A DNA stretch of 64,000 nucleotides, taken from contig OX597830.1 of the NCBI GenBank assembly GCA_951406725.2, positions 36,580,001 to 36,644,000 on the forward strand. Reading direction: 5' to 3'. Positions 50,922 to 63,402 of the stretch are shown here, one piece after another. Origin of the DNA: Octopus vulgaris. Taxonomy: Eukaryota. How positions within the stretch are numbered: position 1 is the stretch's first letter; each line of letters opens with the position of its first letter. The notes below the pieces were generated by a model that worked only from the letters and a program-made list of their open reading frames with translations, did not search any database and was not told the DNA's origin. The position numbers were made by a program, and so were the translations under genes.

Positions 50922-52056
50922 TTGTTCACCAAAGAACACTTTGTAGAATTGGTGGTCCATTTACTTGGCCATTGCCAATCAAAGGACAATGCCTCTGCTA
51001 TATTCAGGCTGTTGAAAAAAATTCTCAATGCTAAATTCAACAAAGAACTGAGCGAGATTTACTTGAACCTAATCGACCACTTTTGGGAGAACATTTTCAC
51101 AAAATTCAAAGGATGTTCCTCTGATGCTGAATGTAATTCAGAGTTTTTGAAGCTATGGAAATCATTGTTCAAAAAGCATAGTTTCATTTCTGATGTAAAA
51201 CTGCAAACATGTGACACTGCTCGGACATTTTTGGAACATATTGATTCTATTATTGCCAAACTTGGTAACAATTCTGCCAGTGAAAAATGGGTTTTGAAAA
51301 GTACATTACAGCTCTTTAATAGAGCATTATCTTATAAAGAGGAACTAGCTGTACAGAAGCATATTCCGCATTTCTACTGGGTTACTTGTCAGCATTTATT
51401 GGCAGCCAACATTTTCAAAGACTGTCTCCACAGAATAGCAAACAGTAGCAGACATGCTGGTTTTGGAGGTTCAGAAGATGTAATTATTTTTCAACAAATT
51501 AATTCTGATATCCATGGAGATATTGCTCCCAGGTTCTGCACCCCCAGTGAGAATATTAACAAAGACACTTCTCACAAATGTAATGTCAATGATGATATCA
51601 CAGCAGATATCTCTGATAAAGATGGTATCTCTAGTGAAGTCATAAGCAGTACAGCCGAACCTGTTATCACGAATGATATCAATGTGGGTGGTACTTGTGA
51701 TATGTCTGGTGTCTCTTGCAACAATATTAGTGTCAAAGCTGATGGTGAGGGTAACATCTCCTATACTATGAACGTAGACACTGCAGAGGTCAGAGTGGAA
51801 TTTGAAGCCTCGGAACAAAACACCACGACTGATAACAGACATGAAATAATTGTTGGTCCAAACACTATGGAGATAGACCAAGACACCTCACTTAATGGCA
51901 AAGATACCACATCTACTGGTCAAGACACCTCTGCAATCAGCAGTGACACAATAGCTTCCACATTACCCAATCTATCGCTGTTACGTAAGCTGATACTGCT
52001 ACAGGTCAACACATATGTGATTGCTGTGAAATATTATGATGAAGTCTGTGAACAAG
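50922..52056 (+). CDS. LINS1: Lines homologue, coding exon 3 (378 codons plus 1 nt)
   Basis: Polypyrimidine tract plus TAG acceptor at 50921 (phase 0), donor G|GTAGGT at 52057. HAGFGG resembles human HSFFGG; LSLLRKLILL resembles HVILRAASLV. No downstream LINES exons recognised in the window. Confidence 0.75.
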
Positions 52057-53515
52057 GTAGGTTTATTCGTCATTTTCCTTTTACTTGGTTCAGTCATTGG
52101 ACTGTGGCCATGCTGGGGCACCATCTTGAAGGGTTTTAATCAAATTGACTCCAGTACTTAGATGTTTCTTTTTAAAACCTGGTACTTATTTTATTGTGGA
52201 GGTGTGTGGCTTAGTGTTTAGAGTGTCAGCATCATGATCGCAAGATTGTGGTTTCGATTCCTGGACCAAGTGATGTGTTGTGTTCTTGAGCAAAACACTT
52301 CATTTCACGTTGCTCCAGTCCGCTCAGCTGGCAAAAATGAGTAACGCTGCGATGGACTGGCGTCTCGTCCAGCTGAGAACACATACGCCATAGAAACTGG
52401 GCCCATAGGCCTGGCTAGGCTTTAAAAGGGCACATTTATTTATATACTTATTTTATTGGTATCTTTTTTGCCAAACTGCTAAGGTATAGGGACATAAACA
52501 AACCAACACAGGTTGTCAAGTGGTGGTGGGGGACAAGCATAAACACACACACACACACGCATGTACACACATGTATACACACATATACACACACATACAC
52601 ACAAATATACTCACATACACACATACATACTACAGGCTTCAACACAGTTTCCGTCTACCAAATCCACTCACAAGGCATTGAGCAGCCTGGATCTATAGTA
52701 AAAAAATGCTTGCCCAAGGTGTGGAACCAAACCCAAAACCATGTGGTACTAAAGCAAGCTTCTTAACCATAGAGCTATGCCCAAGACTACAATCAAAATA
52801 ATTTTATTTTCACAAAAACCTGGTCTAATTTTGTTAAAGCCATTGTTTCTACTGCAACCCAACATTTTACATATTTCTTTGACTTCATCTCTTCTCTGCT
52901 ATTTCAATTGTTTTGACTATTTTTTTTTTTCTAATATCACTTGATATCATTATTTAGCATTTTGTACCCCTGCCCTTCTTACTTCTGTTCCATATCTTCT
53001 TATTTTTGTATCAAGAAGAGTTGTTAAATCAGTAAATTCTTCTACATTTGGTCCTATTAAATCAATATCACTGGCAAAACAAAGATTACTGACTTCTCTA
53101 CTCCTTATTTTATCATTTCCTTCACAAGACTTAAAGGTTTAGTGAAAAAAAACCCCAAAAAAACCCCAAAGAAACCCACGTCTGCCAACTGTTGTTTTAA
53201 CCCTTAACCGTGAAATTAAATTTCATGGTTATTCCAATAATGATGTTAAATATCTACCCAAAAAGTATAATTGGTATTTTCTGCAAGCCACATTACATTA
53301 TAATTACCTTGACGTATCTCAACAGAAAATATTTTCAAACATTGACATGCCTCGACGAAAAATAGATTGGGATATAAAACTGCTTTATGCACTTGAGGAT
53401 AATGAAAGTTTGAGTGAATGGGTATATGGGATTCCCACGGTAAAATGATTCATTCGGTTAATTTGATGAATCTCCAGTCAAAACCAGGTATGTTTCAAGT
53501 TCAGATAATGGCTAT

Positions 53516-53919
53516 AGGTGCAGGAGTGGCTGTGTGGTAAGTAGCTTGCTTACCACCCACATGGTTCTGGGTTCAGTCCCACTGCATGGCAACTTGAGCA
53601 AGTGTCTTCTTCTATAGCCTTGGGCCGTCCAAAGCCTTGTGAGTGGATTTGGTAGACGGAAACTGAAAGAAGCCCGTCATATATATGTGTATGTGTGTGT
53701 GTGTGTATGTTTGTGTGTCTGTGTTTGTCCCCCTACCATTGCTTGACAACCGATGTTGGTGTGTTTATGTCCCTGTAACTTAGCAGTTCGGCAAAAGAGA
53801 CCAATAGAATAAGTACTAGGCTTACAAAGGATAAGTCCTGGGGTTGATTTGTTCGACTAAAGGCGGTGCTCCTGCATGGCCACAGTCAAATGACAGAAAC
53901 AAATAAAAGAATAAAAGAA
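53516..53919 (+). mobile_element. SINE family A
   Basis: Full-length copy. Others at 56308-56718(+), 59725-60142(-), 39210-39595(-) and 52075-52780(-, interrupted). Confidence 0.85.
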
Positions 53920-55019
53920 TATAATGTTATCATTGGTAAACTGAAGTTAAATCTTTCAGATAATAATTATTCAATGTTCCATGTCGAACATGGGACACTG
54001 AATTGGTAAATAAATTTTTTTTAAAGTCATTGAATGTCAGGTAAAGGTTTGGTTGCTGTTCCAAGAAATTTTCTAAGAATTTTAGCTTTACAGATGTGTT
54101 CTTCAATTTTTTTTTCATTCTGGGAATCAAGCTGTGTTTATTAAGAACTGTTGCTGCTGTTACTTTAAATAAAACATACATCTTGGATAAGATTAGGCAC
54201 AGGACTGGCTATGTGATTGAGAAGCTTGCTTTCCAACCATGTGGTTTTAGGTTCAGTCCCACTGCACAGTACCTTGGGCATGTATCTCTTCTATATTCTT
54301 GGGTTGACCAAAGCCCTGTGATGGTGATTTGGCAGGCAGAAACTGAAAGATTGATTTCCAAATTTCATTTACAAGACTGGTCCGTTTGATGCTATAATAA
54401 AAGACACTTGTCGAAGGGACCACACCTTAGGATTGAACATGAAAGCATAAAATTTTGAAATGAACTTCATAATTACACACAGGCATTCTCACCTCTCTAT
54501 TTCAATTATTGTGTGTTTACACTCTCTAACCCAAGTGGTTTATCATATTGCAGCTTTCAGTTTCCTAATTATTTACGTTACTTGTTTAGCTCATTCTGAA
54601 GTGATTTCTACTTCCTGTTATATATTGAAAGCAACTCCCTTTGGTAAGTCTTTTAGCACATTACTATCCACTTATTTGTGTGAGCAAAGTTCATCACAGT
54701 ACTGTCTCTATCAATCAATTACTTTATTTGTTCCATTAGAGAGCTGAGTATTGATAATCAACACTTGATATTTTGACACCAGTTCAAACCCTTAACTATT
54801 TGCTATGTTTCTCTTGAATTATTTTGCTTTAAGACTTTTTCTTTTCTTTTTTTTTTCTGCATAGGCACAGGTGTGACTGTGTGGTAAGTAGCTTGCTTCT
54901 CAACCACATGGTTATGGGTTCAGTCCCACTACGTGGCATCTTTGGCAAGTGTCTTCTACTTTGCTCAGCCTCAGGCTGATCAAAGCTTTGTGAGTGGATT
55001 TGGTAGACAGAAACCTGTC

Positions 55020-55068
<49 letters not shown>

Positions 55069-55108
55069 GTGTGTAGTGGCTAACAATCTATCATGGCGAT
55101 ACACACAT

Positions 55109-55144
<36 letters not shown>

Positions 55145-55723
55145 CAAATCAAAACAAATCAAAATAGATGAACATCAATGGAATTTGTATCTTTGTGGTA
55201 CCAGTGCCGGTGGCACACAAGAAAACCATCCGAACATGGCCGTAGCCAGTACCGCATCGACTGGCATCCGTGCTGTGGGCACGTAACAAACACCATCCGA
55301 TCGTGGCCGTTCGCCAGCCTCATCTGGCACCTGTGTCGGTGGCACATAAAAACACCATTTGAGCGTGGCCGTCTGCCAGCCTCGTCTGGCACCTGTGTCG
55401 GTGGCACATTAAAAACACCATCCAAGCGTGCTGTGTCGGTGGCACATAAAAAACACCATCCGAGCGTGGCCGTTCGCCAGCCTCGTCTGGCACCTGTGTC
55501 GGTGGCACATAAAATCACCCACTACACTCTCGGAGTGGTTGGCGTTAGGAAGGGCATCCAGTTGTAGAAACACTGCCAGATCTGACTGGCCTGGTGCAGC
55601 CTTCGGGCTCCCCAGACCCCAGTTGAACCGTCCAACCCATGCTAGCATGGAAAGCGGACGTTAAATGATGATGATGATGATGATGATGATGATATATGTA
55701 TGTGTGTGTGTGTGTGTGTGTAT

Positions 55724-55912
55724 ATCGCCATGATAGATTGTTAGCCACTACACACATTTTTTTCTCTCCTTGTTTTTTCTGTGTCCCTTTCTTTAGAAGA
55801 GCATAGGCTTGAAACGTAAAAGATTTTTTCTATTCCTGAGCGTTATACTAATACATTTGTTTGTTTTGTACACCACGTGTCTTCGTCTTTTGTTTTTTTC
55901 GTAAACTCTCCC
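55724..55912 (+). mobile_element. ~190-bp (TA)n-flanked element with a hammerhead-like motif (putative Penelope solo pLTR)
   Basis: CTTT-CTTTAGA-AGAGCATAGGCTT-GAAACGTA-AAAG at 55787-55822. Its 5' end is duplicated in inverted orientation at 55065-55100. Relatives at 49668-49865(+) and 59227-59435(-). Confidence 0.5.
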
Positions 55913-55946
<34 letters not shown>

Positions 55947-56727
55947 TTAATTAAAGGACATACTAAGTATGTCTGCCTGCTGGAAATAACAGTCAAAACT
56001 GTTATTTAAACTACTGCAAAAATAACACTGATAATAACTACAGAATTCAACCGTATGTGAGCAAGTGGGTCAAGAAAATTATTCAACATACATTTGAACT
56101 CATATGGACTGGTTTCTGGACCGGCATTATTGCTTTACCTCCCTCAGCATGTGTTACCGTGATGAAAAAATCTGCCAATCCGTCACGTTGAAGTCTGTGA
56201 TGTTCTGATTTGTTTTGCACCAAATCATAGCAGTCTCAGTGTGAAAAGAATTCCAATAAGGAGCAAATAATTCAAGAGTTAATATTTGCAAAGATATATT
56301 ATCCTAGATGGCTGTGTGGTAAGTAGCTTGCCTACCAACCACATGGTTCTGGGTTCAGTCCCACTGCGTGGCATCTTGGGCAAGTGTCTTCTGCTATAGC
56401 CTCGGGCCGACCAAAGCCTTGTGAGTGGATTTGGTAGACGGAAACTGAAAGAAGCCTGTCGTATATATGTATATATATATGTATGTGTGTGTGTGTTTGT
56501 GTGTCTGTGTTTGTCCCCCTAGCATTGCTTGACAACCGATGCTGGTGTGTTTACGTCCCCGTCACTTAGCGGTTCGGCAAAAGAGACCGATAGAATAAGT
56601 ACTGGGCTTACAAAAGAATAAGTCCTGGGGGGGGGGTCGATTTGCTCGACTAAAAGGCGGTGCTCCAGCATGGCCGCAGTCAAATGACTGAAACAAGTAA
56701 AAGAGAAAGAGAAAGAGAGAGTTAATG

Positions 56728-56833
56728 ATAGGTAAATTGATAATAACAGATAATAACAGAATTAATAATATAGGTGATTTTTTGGGCCTGCAATCACCTA
56801 TATTATTAATTCTGTTATTATCAATTTACTTAT
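56728..56833. repeat. ~105-bp AT-rich hairpin
   Basis: TAATAACAGAATTAATAATATAGGTGATT-loop-AATCACCTATATTATTAATTCTGTTATTA. Confidence 0.8.
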
Positions 56834-56929
56834 ATTACGTTAGATAAAAATAGAGTTAATAATGTCTTTGTAAATATTAACTCCAGAATTATTTGCTCCT
56901 TATTGATCGTGTACAGTTGAATTTTGTAG

Positions 56930-57520
56930 TTATTATCATGGTATTATCTACCTATGAGACATGACATTGTAGCTAGGACGCTCTATAATGAAATCTGTTG
57001 GAAGGATAATCCCGAGGACAAAGAAATAAGAAGCCACAGTATGGTAGAAGCCATAGCCACTCATAATGAAAAGGAATACTGGTGGAATGTACCAGTGAAA
57101 ACCTCAATAAAATGTAAGACTAAGAGACCTGATATAATGATTTGGGATAGAGAAGAAAAACTGTGCACAGTTGTGGAAATTAGCTGTCCAGCAGATGTTA
57201 ACATAAAGCTGAAGATCAGTGAAGAAGAGAACACCTATGCTGAACTATTGAGAAATCTGCAAGTTACTCTATTCAGATTACAAGTTCAGGTTTATACCTG
57301 TAATTATTGGGGCCCTGGCATATGTAACACACTGCTTAAATACCAATCTTGAGAAATTAGGCTTCTCAAAATCAGAAAGGAGAAAGCTAATTCGAAGACT
57401 ACAGATCCAATCCATCACTGGAACTGTAAAAATCTGTAAAAATTTCCAGAAGTTTATCATTTAAATGTATAAGAGCATATCTAGATATGCAACTATGTGC
57501 ATGATAATACATGTATAAAA
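56930..57520 (+). mobile_element. RLE-type LINE 3' fragment; partial duplicate at 58211-58400
   Basis: RHD...YWWN.PV...RPDIMIWD...VVEISCP...K restriction-like endonuclease motifs, frameshifted. Confidence 0.8.
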
Positions 57521-59168
57521 CATTAAAATGTGTACATACATACATACATGGTGGCTGCCCCTTCGTTATCGAGTATGGCCATTGCACGAAGCTTAATCAA
57601 TGTTGTTATCATGCAATGCCTGTGCAAGAAGATTTTTTTTTAAAGTGAGGAAAGGCTGTGCACTGAGTTAATCCCACTCACTAAGCAACAGCAGCCATAA
57701 TCCAAAAAGAAGAACAAGTCAACATCATCGGTAACAACTGAGCCGCAGGTTTTATGTCGGAGTTATCCCAGTTACCTGAGTTACCTTCTCCTAGAAGGAT
57801 GCCCTAACAAAGGCTAGGAGTCCTTCATTCCCAATGGTTTAACCGCGTGATCAGGTATTCAGTCCGATTATTTCTATATACCCGCGCATGATACAACCTT
57901 AAGACATTTATTGGATGGCCGTTGACTCTCAAGAGTTCCTCCGCCGTTTGACGGGTTTTGTTTTTCATCTCGCAGGGTGTCCAATAAACACCCTCCGCAC
58001 CAAGCAAGCTTGGTGGGGTTGCCAGTTTAGTCGCCGACGACCCGACCATGCAACAGGTTGTACTGGGTTACATGTTACCAGTAGCACTCGAAAGTGACCT
58101 GACATGACATACATACATACATACGTACATATGTACTTATGTACATACATACATGCATGCATACATACATGCTTGCATGCATCCATCCATCCATCCATCC
58201 ATCCATCCGTTGTGAGAAATTAGGCTTCTCAAAACCAGAAAAGATAAAGCCAATTCGAAGTCTAGAGATCCAGTCCATCACTGGAGCTGTAAAAAATCAG
58301 TAAAACTTTCCAGAAGTTTATCATTTAAATAAATATGAGCATGTCTAGATATGCAACTATATGCAGAAGAATACATACATAAAGCAAAACATCTAAGTGT
58401 GTTTATACACACTTATATAGACACATGCATGTACAAGCACACACACACACACACAAGATAAAGTTAATGTAGTTAGATAAATATTATGCCCATACTGGGA
58501 AAGTAAACAAATTTGAAATACAGCTCACTATACTGTTTATACACAGTTTGCTGGTTTCCCATCACAACTTAGTTTATAATTTTCTGAAAACGTTATTTTT
58601 CAATGAAATTTTGCAGAGATATGTTTTCACGGTGTGGGTTTATGATTATGTTTGATAACATTTAAGGAAAATATACTCTTTTCGTTGGGGTAATTTGCAT
58701 CACTCTCCCTGCAAACCTGCTGTCTTGTTACCATTAATTTCTGTATCTTTAGAATTTTTAATGTTTTTTTTTTTTTCTTTTTTTCATTATATTATATTTT
58801 TTCTTTCTCAGATTTCTATTTTTGAAATTTCAATATTGAGCAACATGTACTGTCAAAAATGTATTTCTGTAAAATGTCATTTAAAAATGTGTATTTTAAA
58901 TAATTTTATGGAACTTTCTGTTTTTGGAATTTTATCACCATTTTCATAAACTATACCCTCTTGAATGTATATCTGTAAAATTTGATTTAAAAAATATGAA
59001 TTTTTCAGAGAGTTATGAGGAAACAAAATTTGAGGTGGGGACCAAATTGTAGTCATAACGAAGTTTCATTATTACATTTACAAATTATTTTGATATTTTT
59101 TCTGTTAAATAAAAAGCGCAAAGTCATTTGTAGTAATTTTTGAAGACATGAATATGCTAGTGTATATA

Positions 59169-59230
<62 letters not shown>

Positions 59231-59431
59231 ATCCAAACAAGAAAGCACAAAAAAAACACAACAACGCGAGGACGAGGAGCAAATATAGTATTATTGGACG
59301 CTCAGGAAAGAAGGAAAGAAGGAGGGTTTAACGTTTCGAGCAGAGCTCTTCGTTGGAAACATAGGAGAAGGAAAGATCCAGAGAAGGGAAGACAGAGGAA
59401 AAAAAATTGCCAACGGTACACACAAGGTTAC

Positions 59432-59469
<38 letters not shown>

Positions 59470-59564
59470 GCATATATATTTTATTAGTTGTCCATAGATT
59501 GGAAAAACGAATAAAAAAAGCAATCATAGTGTAAGTAATAGAGCTGTTACATTTACTCTTCAGT

Positions 59565-59630
59565 GTATGTCTGAAGAATCATCAACATTGCCTAGGTGCA
59601 ATAGTCAGCATGAAACCAATGGTAACCATC
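59565..59630 (+). ncRNA. Type-I hammerhead-like motif with an intact core
   Basis: CTGAAGA (59571), stem II with ATTGC/GCAAT, then GAA-ACC-AAT-GGT-A (59612-59624). Stem I is weak. Confidence 0.45.
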
Positions 59631-59692
59631 TGAGCAGTTACATGCCATAATCAGTAATACTTTGCTTGCTGATACATACATACATACATATA

Positions 59693-59724
<32 letters not shown>

Positions 59725-59925
59725 CTCTTTTACTTGTTTTAGTCATTTGACTGTGGCCATGCTGGAGCACCGCCTTTAGTTGAGCAAATCGACCCCAGGA
59801 CTTATTCTTTGGAAGACTAGTACTTATTCTATCGGTCTCTTTTGCTGAACTGCTAAGTTACGGGGACGTAAATACACCAGCATCGGTTGTCAAGCAATGT
59901 TTGGGGGACAAACACAGACACACAA

Positions 59926-59974
<49 letters not shown>

Positions 59975-60167
59975 TATATATGACAGGCTTCTTTCAGTTT
60001 CCGCCTACCAAATCCACTCACAAGGCTTTGGTTGGCCTGAGGCTATAGTAGAAGACACTTGCCCAAGTTGCCACACAGTGGGACTGAACCTGGAACCATG
60101 TGGTTGGTAAGCAAGCTACTTACCACACAGCCACTGCTGCACCTACATATACATACATACATAAATA

Positions 60168-60655
60168 TTGAAGGTGTAATGTGTAAATTGTTGCCATTTT
60201 ATATTTTTAATTTCACACATGCTCATTGTTTATTTTTGATTTTGTCGACTATGCAGTACAGTAAGGTCAGTTAGGTACCGTCCCTGAGAAAAACAACACC
60301 ATGATGCAATTCACTCTGCCAGAAATTTGGAAGCGACATGCTGTACTGCTTGGCATTCACACTAGAAGCTCCAATACGAACGTTTCAGAAGTTTTGGGGG
60401 TCAATCTGAGGACAGTGCTGAGGATTCAGAAAGAGTTAGATGAGTCTAATGGTGATTATGAAGTATGGTAGCTCAGAAAACTCACTCGGATCTTTCTGCT
60501 AAGAAAAGAACTCCTGAATTTGTTGATGAGATCCAGGCCATGATTGACAATAATCCCTCCAAGTCAATCAGGTCCATCACCAGGGACAAGGGAGTGTCTG
60601 AGTTTCTTATCAGGCAGGTAGTGCATGAAGACATTTGGTATTCCTCATACAACAT
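60168..60655 (+). mobile_element. Tc1/mariner-superfamily (maT/DD37D-like) transposase remnant
   Basis: KRTPEFVDEIQAMIDNNPSKSIRSITRDKGVSEFLIRQVVHEDI, an HTH segment. Confidence 0.65.
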
Positions 60656-60766
60656 GACAGAAGGCTGCACCAGGCCCCTGTCTGATCTGGCAATGTTTCT
60701 ACAGCTGGATGTCCTTCCTAACGTCAACCACTCCGTGAGTGTAGTGGGTGCTTGTTATGTGCCACT

Positions 60767-60808
<42 letters not shown>

Positions 60809-60813
60809 TATAA

Positions 60814-60847
<34 letters not shown>

Positions 60848-61544
60848 TAAGAATAGACTCTGCTTCTTCCATGAAATCAGTGTTCGCCTGCATATCCACA
60901 GTTATGCTAGTCTTATTAGAAAGTAGATGTGCATGCTTGTGTGTGTGTGTCTGTCTGTGTGTATGTGTGTGCTCATGCATGCATGTGTGTGTGTGTGTTT
61001 GTGTATTTGTGTTTGTATGTGTGTGCGTGTGTCTATATGTGTCTGTGTGTGTGCGTTTGTGCATGCATTCGTGTGTGTGTGTGTGTGTGCGTGTGTACAT
61101 GCATATACAAATCATGGCTTCCGAATTAAGCTGAGTATGATGAATTTATGAAAAAAAAAAAAAAAACCGAACAAAAATAAACACATAAACAAAACAAAGG
61201 AAAATGTAAATTATATTTCTGTACAAAGCATGTTTTTTACTTTTTTGTTGGCAAAGAATGTGTATTCTACCAAAACCATATTTGAAGCTGATGTACGCCA
61301 TTTATTTGATTCTTAATATATTTTGCTTCAAATATATTTGGTTATGTTTTTTTTTTTTATTCTTGTATCGTACTAGTGTGTCATTTTAGTACTTGTTCTG
61401 TTAAAAAGCTAAATTCAAATAAATGCATTAATAAATATAGAAATTACAAAAAAAAAAAAAGAAAAATGAAAATGAGAAACACAATTCTATCTGAAATGCT
61501 ATTGTGATGCAGAATATTAAGCATTACTGTATTACTGACTACCT

Positions 61545-61554
61545 ACCTACCTAC

Positions 61555-61585
<31 letters not shown>

Positions 61586-61985
61586 TTCTTTTCTTCCTTC
61601 CTTCCTTTCTTTCTTTCGTTCTTTCTTTCTTCTGTCCTTTGTTCTTTCCTTTTTCTTTTTTCTGTCCTTCCTTCCTTCCTTCTGTCTTTCCTTCCTTCCT
61701 TCCTTCTGTCTTTCTTTCTTTCTTTCCTTTCTTCTTTCCTTCCTTCCTTCCTTCCTTCTTTCCTTCCTTCCTTCCTTCTTTCTTCCTTTCTTTCTTCCTT
61801 CATCTCTCCCCCTCCTTCTCACCTCTTCCTTCCTTATTTCTTTCTTTCTTTCTTTCCTTCCTCCCTCCCTCCCTCCCTCCCTTCCTTTTCTTCCCTTCTT
61901 TCTTTCTTCCTTCCTTCATCTCTCCCCCTCCTTCTCACCTCTTCCTTCTTTCTTTCCTTCTTTCCTTCCTTCTTTCCTTCCTTCC
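61545..61985 (+). repeat. (CTTT/CCTT)n polypyrimidine tract
   Basis: Seen directly. Confidence 0.95.
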
Positions 61986-62055
61986 ATGAAAATTCGCATC
62001 GCATCTGCTGTAGATTGCAATGCTGCATATTTTAACATATTTTTCTATGTACACA

Positions 62056-62124
<69 letters not shown>

Positions 62125-63083
62125 CACAATCTGTTTATTTAACATTAGTCGGAAGCCTTTTCATCGCGCCTCCTCGCTTGAAAGTGTCTCTGGTCGAAGC
62201 GTTAGATTTTTTTCCCCCCTCTTCCACGTGCTCTCAAACACACAGAAGTTCCCAAGCAACTGGTGTTGGTCTCAGTCTCGACGCTTGTATTATTTAGTAG
62301 AGTGAACAACAAAAGTACGGTGGCCTTGCCGTAGGGAGTGGCAAACCCAACGTGGAGAAAAGTTGAAAGGAGAGAAATTAATGAGACACAGCCGAGTTTT
62401 TACATGTGTGTATATGTGTGTGTGTGTCTCTGTGTATTGTGTATGCATGTGTGTGTGTGTATATATATATATATCTATTTCTTTATTACCCACAAAGGGC
62501 TAAACATGGGTCGGACATAGGTATTAAGTCAATTACATCGACCCCAGTGCGTAACTGGAACTTAATTTATCGACCCCGAAAGGATGAAAGGCAAAGTCGA
62601 CCTCGGCGGAATTTGAACTCAGAACGTAGCGACAGACGAAATACCGCTAAGCATTTCGCCCGGCGTGCTAACGTTTCTGCCAGCTCGCCGCCCTTATATG
62701 TATATATATATCTATGTATGTCTGTTTGTCTGTCTATTTGCACATGTATATCATGTGATCATGTGACTGACCAGGTTATTGGTTGTTGTTACACATCGAT
62801 GGTCACAATGCACTTTTGTATTGGTTTAGCCTTTGAATGACACCATCTTGCTGGCTAGGTGAGCAGGCCAACATTGCCCCCCCCTGATGGAAATAGAAAG
62901 GGAGACTGCAGCAACATGAAATGAAGTGTTTTGCTCAAGAGCACAATGTGCCACTCAGTCTGTGGATTGAATCAATGATCTAGCGATTGTGATTGCAACA
63001 ACCTAACCACTAGGCCATGTGCCTTCACATTTGCACACACACATACATGTATATACATGCACATACACACACATATATTTATG

Positions 63084-63178
63084 ACAGGACACTGATGAGG
63101 TGAAATACATGATTGCATAATATCTCTATTTGTTATGTAATTATTTCAGCATTTTGCTGAAACATGTGTCTGTCCTGT
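63084..63178 (+). ncRNA. Type-I hammerhead ribozyme with extended stem II
   Basis: Stem I ACAGGACA (63084-91) / TGTCCTGT (63171-78), a perfect 8 bp; core CTGATGA (63092-98); stem II GGTGAAAT/ATTTTGCT plus inner TGATTGCATAA/TTATGTAATTA; GAAA (63159-62); quasi-palindromic stem III ACATGTGT; GTC cleavage triplet (63168-70). Confidence 0.75.
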
Positions 63179-63248
63179 AAAGATTTGAATATCACAACTG
63201 TTTTCTGCTTATTTTAATATTTTTCAATATATGCATATATATATATAT

Positions 63249-63402
63249 ATAATTTACATGATAAGGGCAAAAGAAAAATTCTAATGCCAAATATGCCGAA
63301 ACAAAAACTGTCAATAACCATAAATTATAATGGTTATTGACAATTTTTGTTTCGGCATATTTGGCATTAGAATTTTTCTTTTGCCCTTATCTTGTAAATT
63401 AT
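63249..63402. repeat. ~150-bp near-perfect palindrome
   Basis: Arms of about 72 bp with very few mismatches around an 8-nt loop (63322-63329). Confidence 0.9.

Noticed and set aside
52057-52139. C-terminal tail of ORF 50922-52139
   Set aside because: Lies beyond the GTAGGT donor and runs into an antisense SINE tail; intronic.
53197-53450. Possible fourth LINS1 exon
   Set aside because: The translation (MPRRKIDWDIKLLYALEDN...) lacks the expected Lines motifs (F.EQDD, NPH..F, DFLIS.ET). It follows a TTAACCC end and is more likely a transposon relic.
61504-62129. Phe/Leu/Ser-rich and Lys/Glu/Arg-rich ORFs
   Set aside because: (CTTT/CCTT)n tract.
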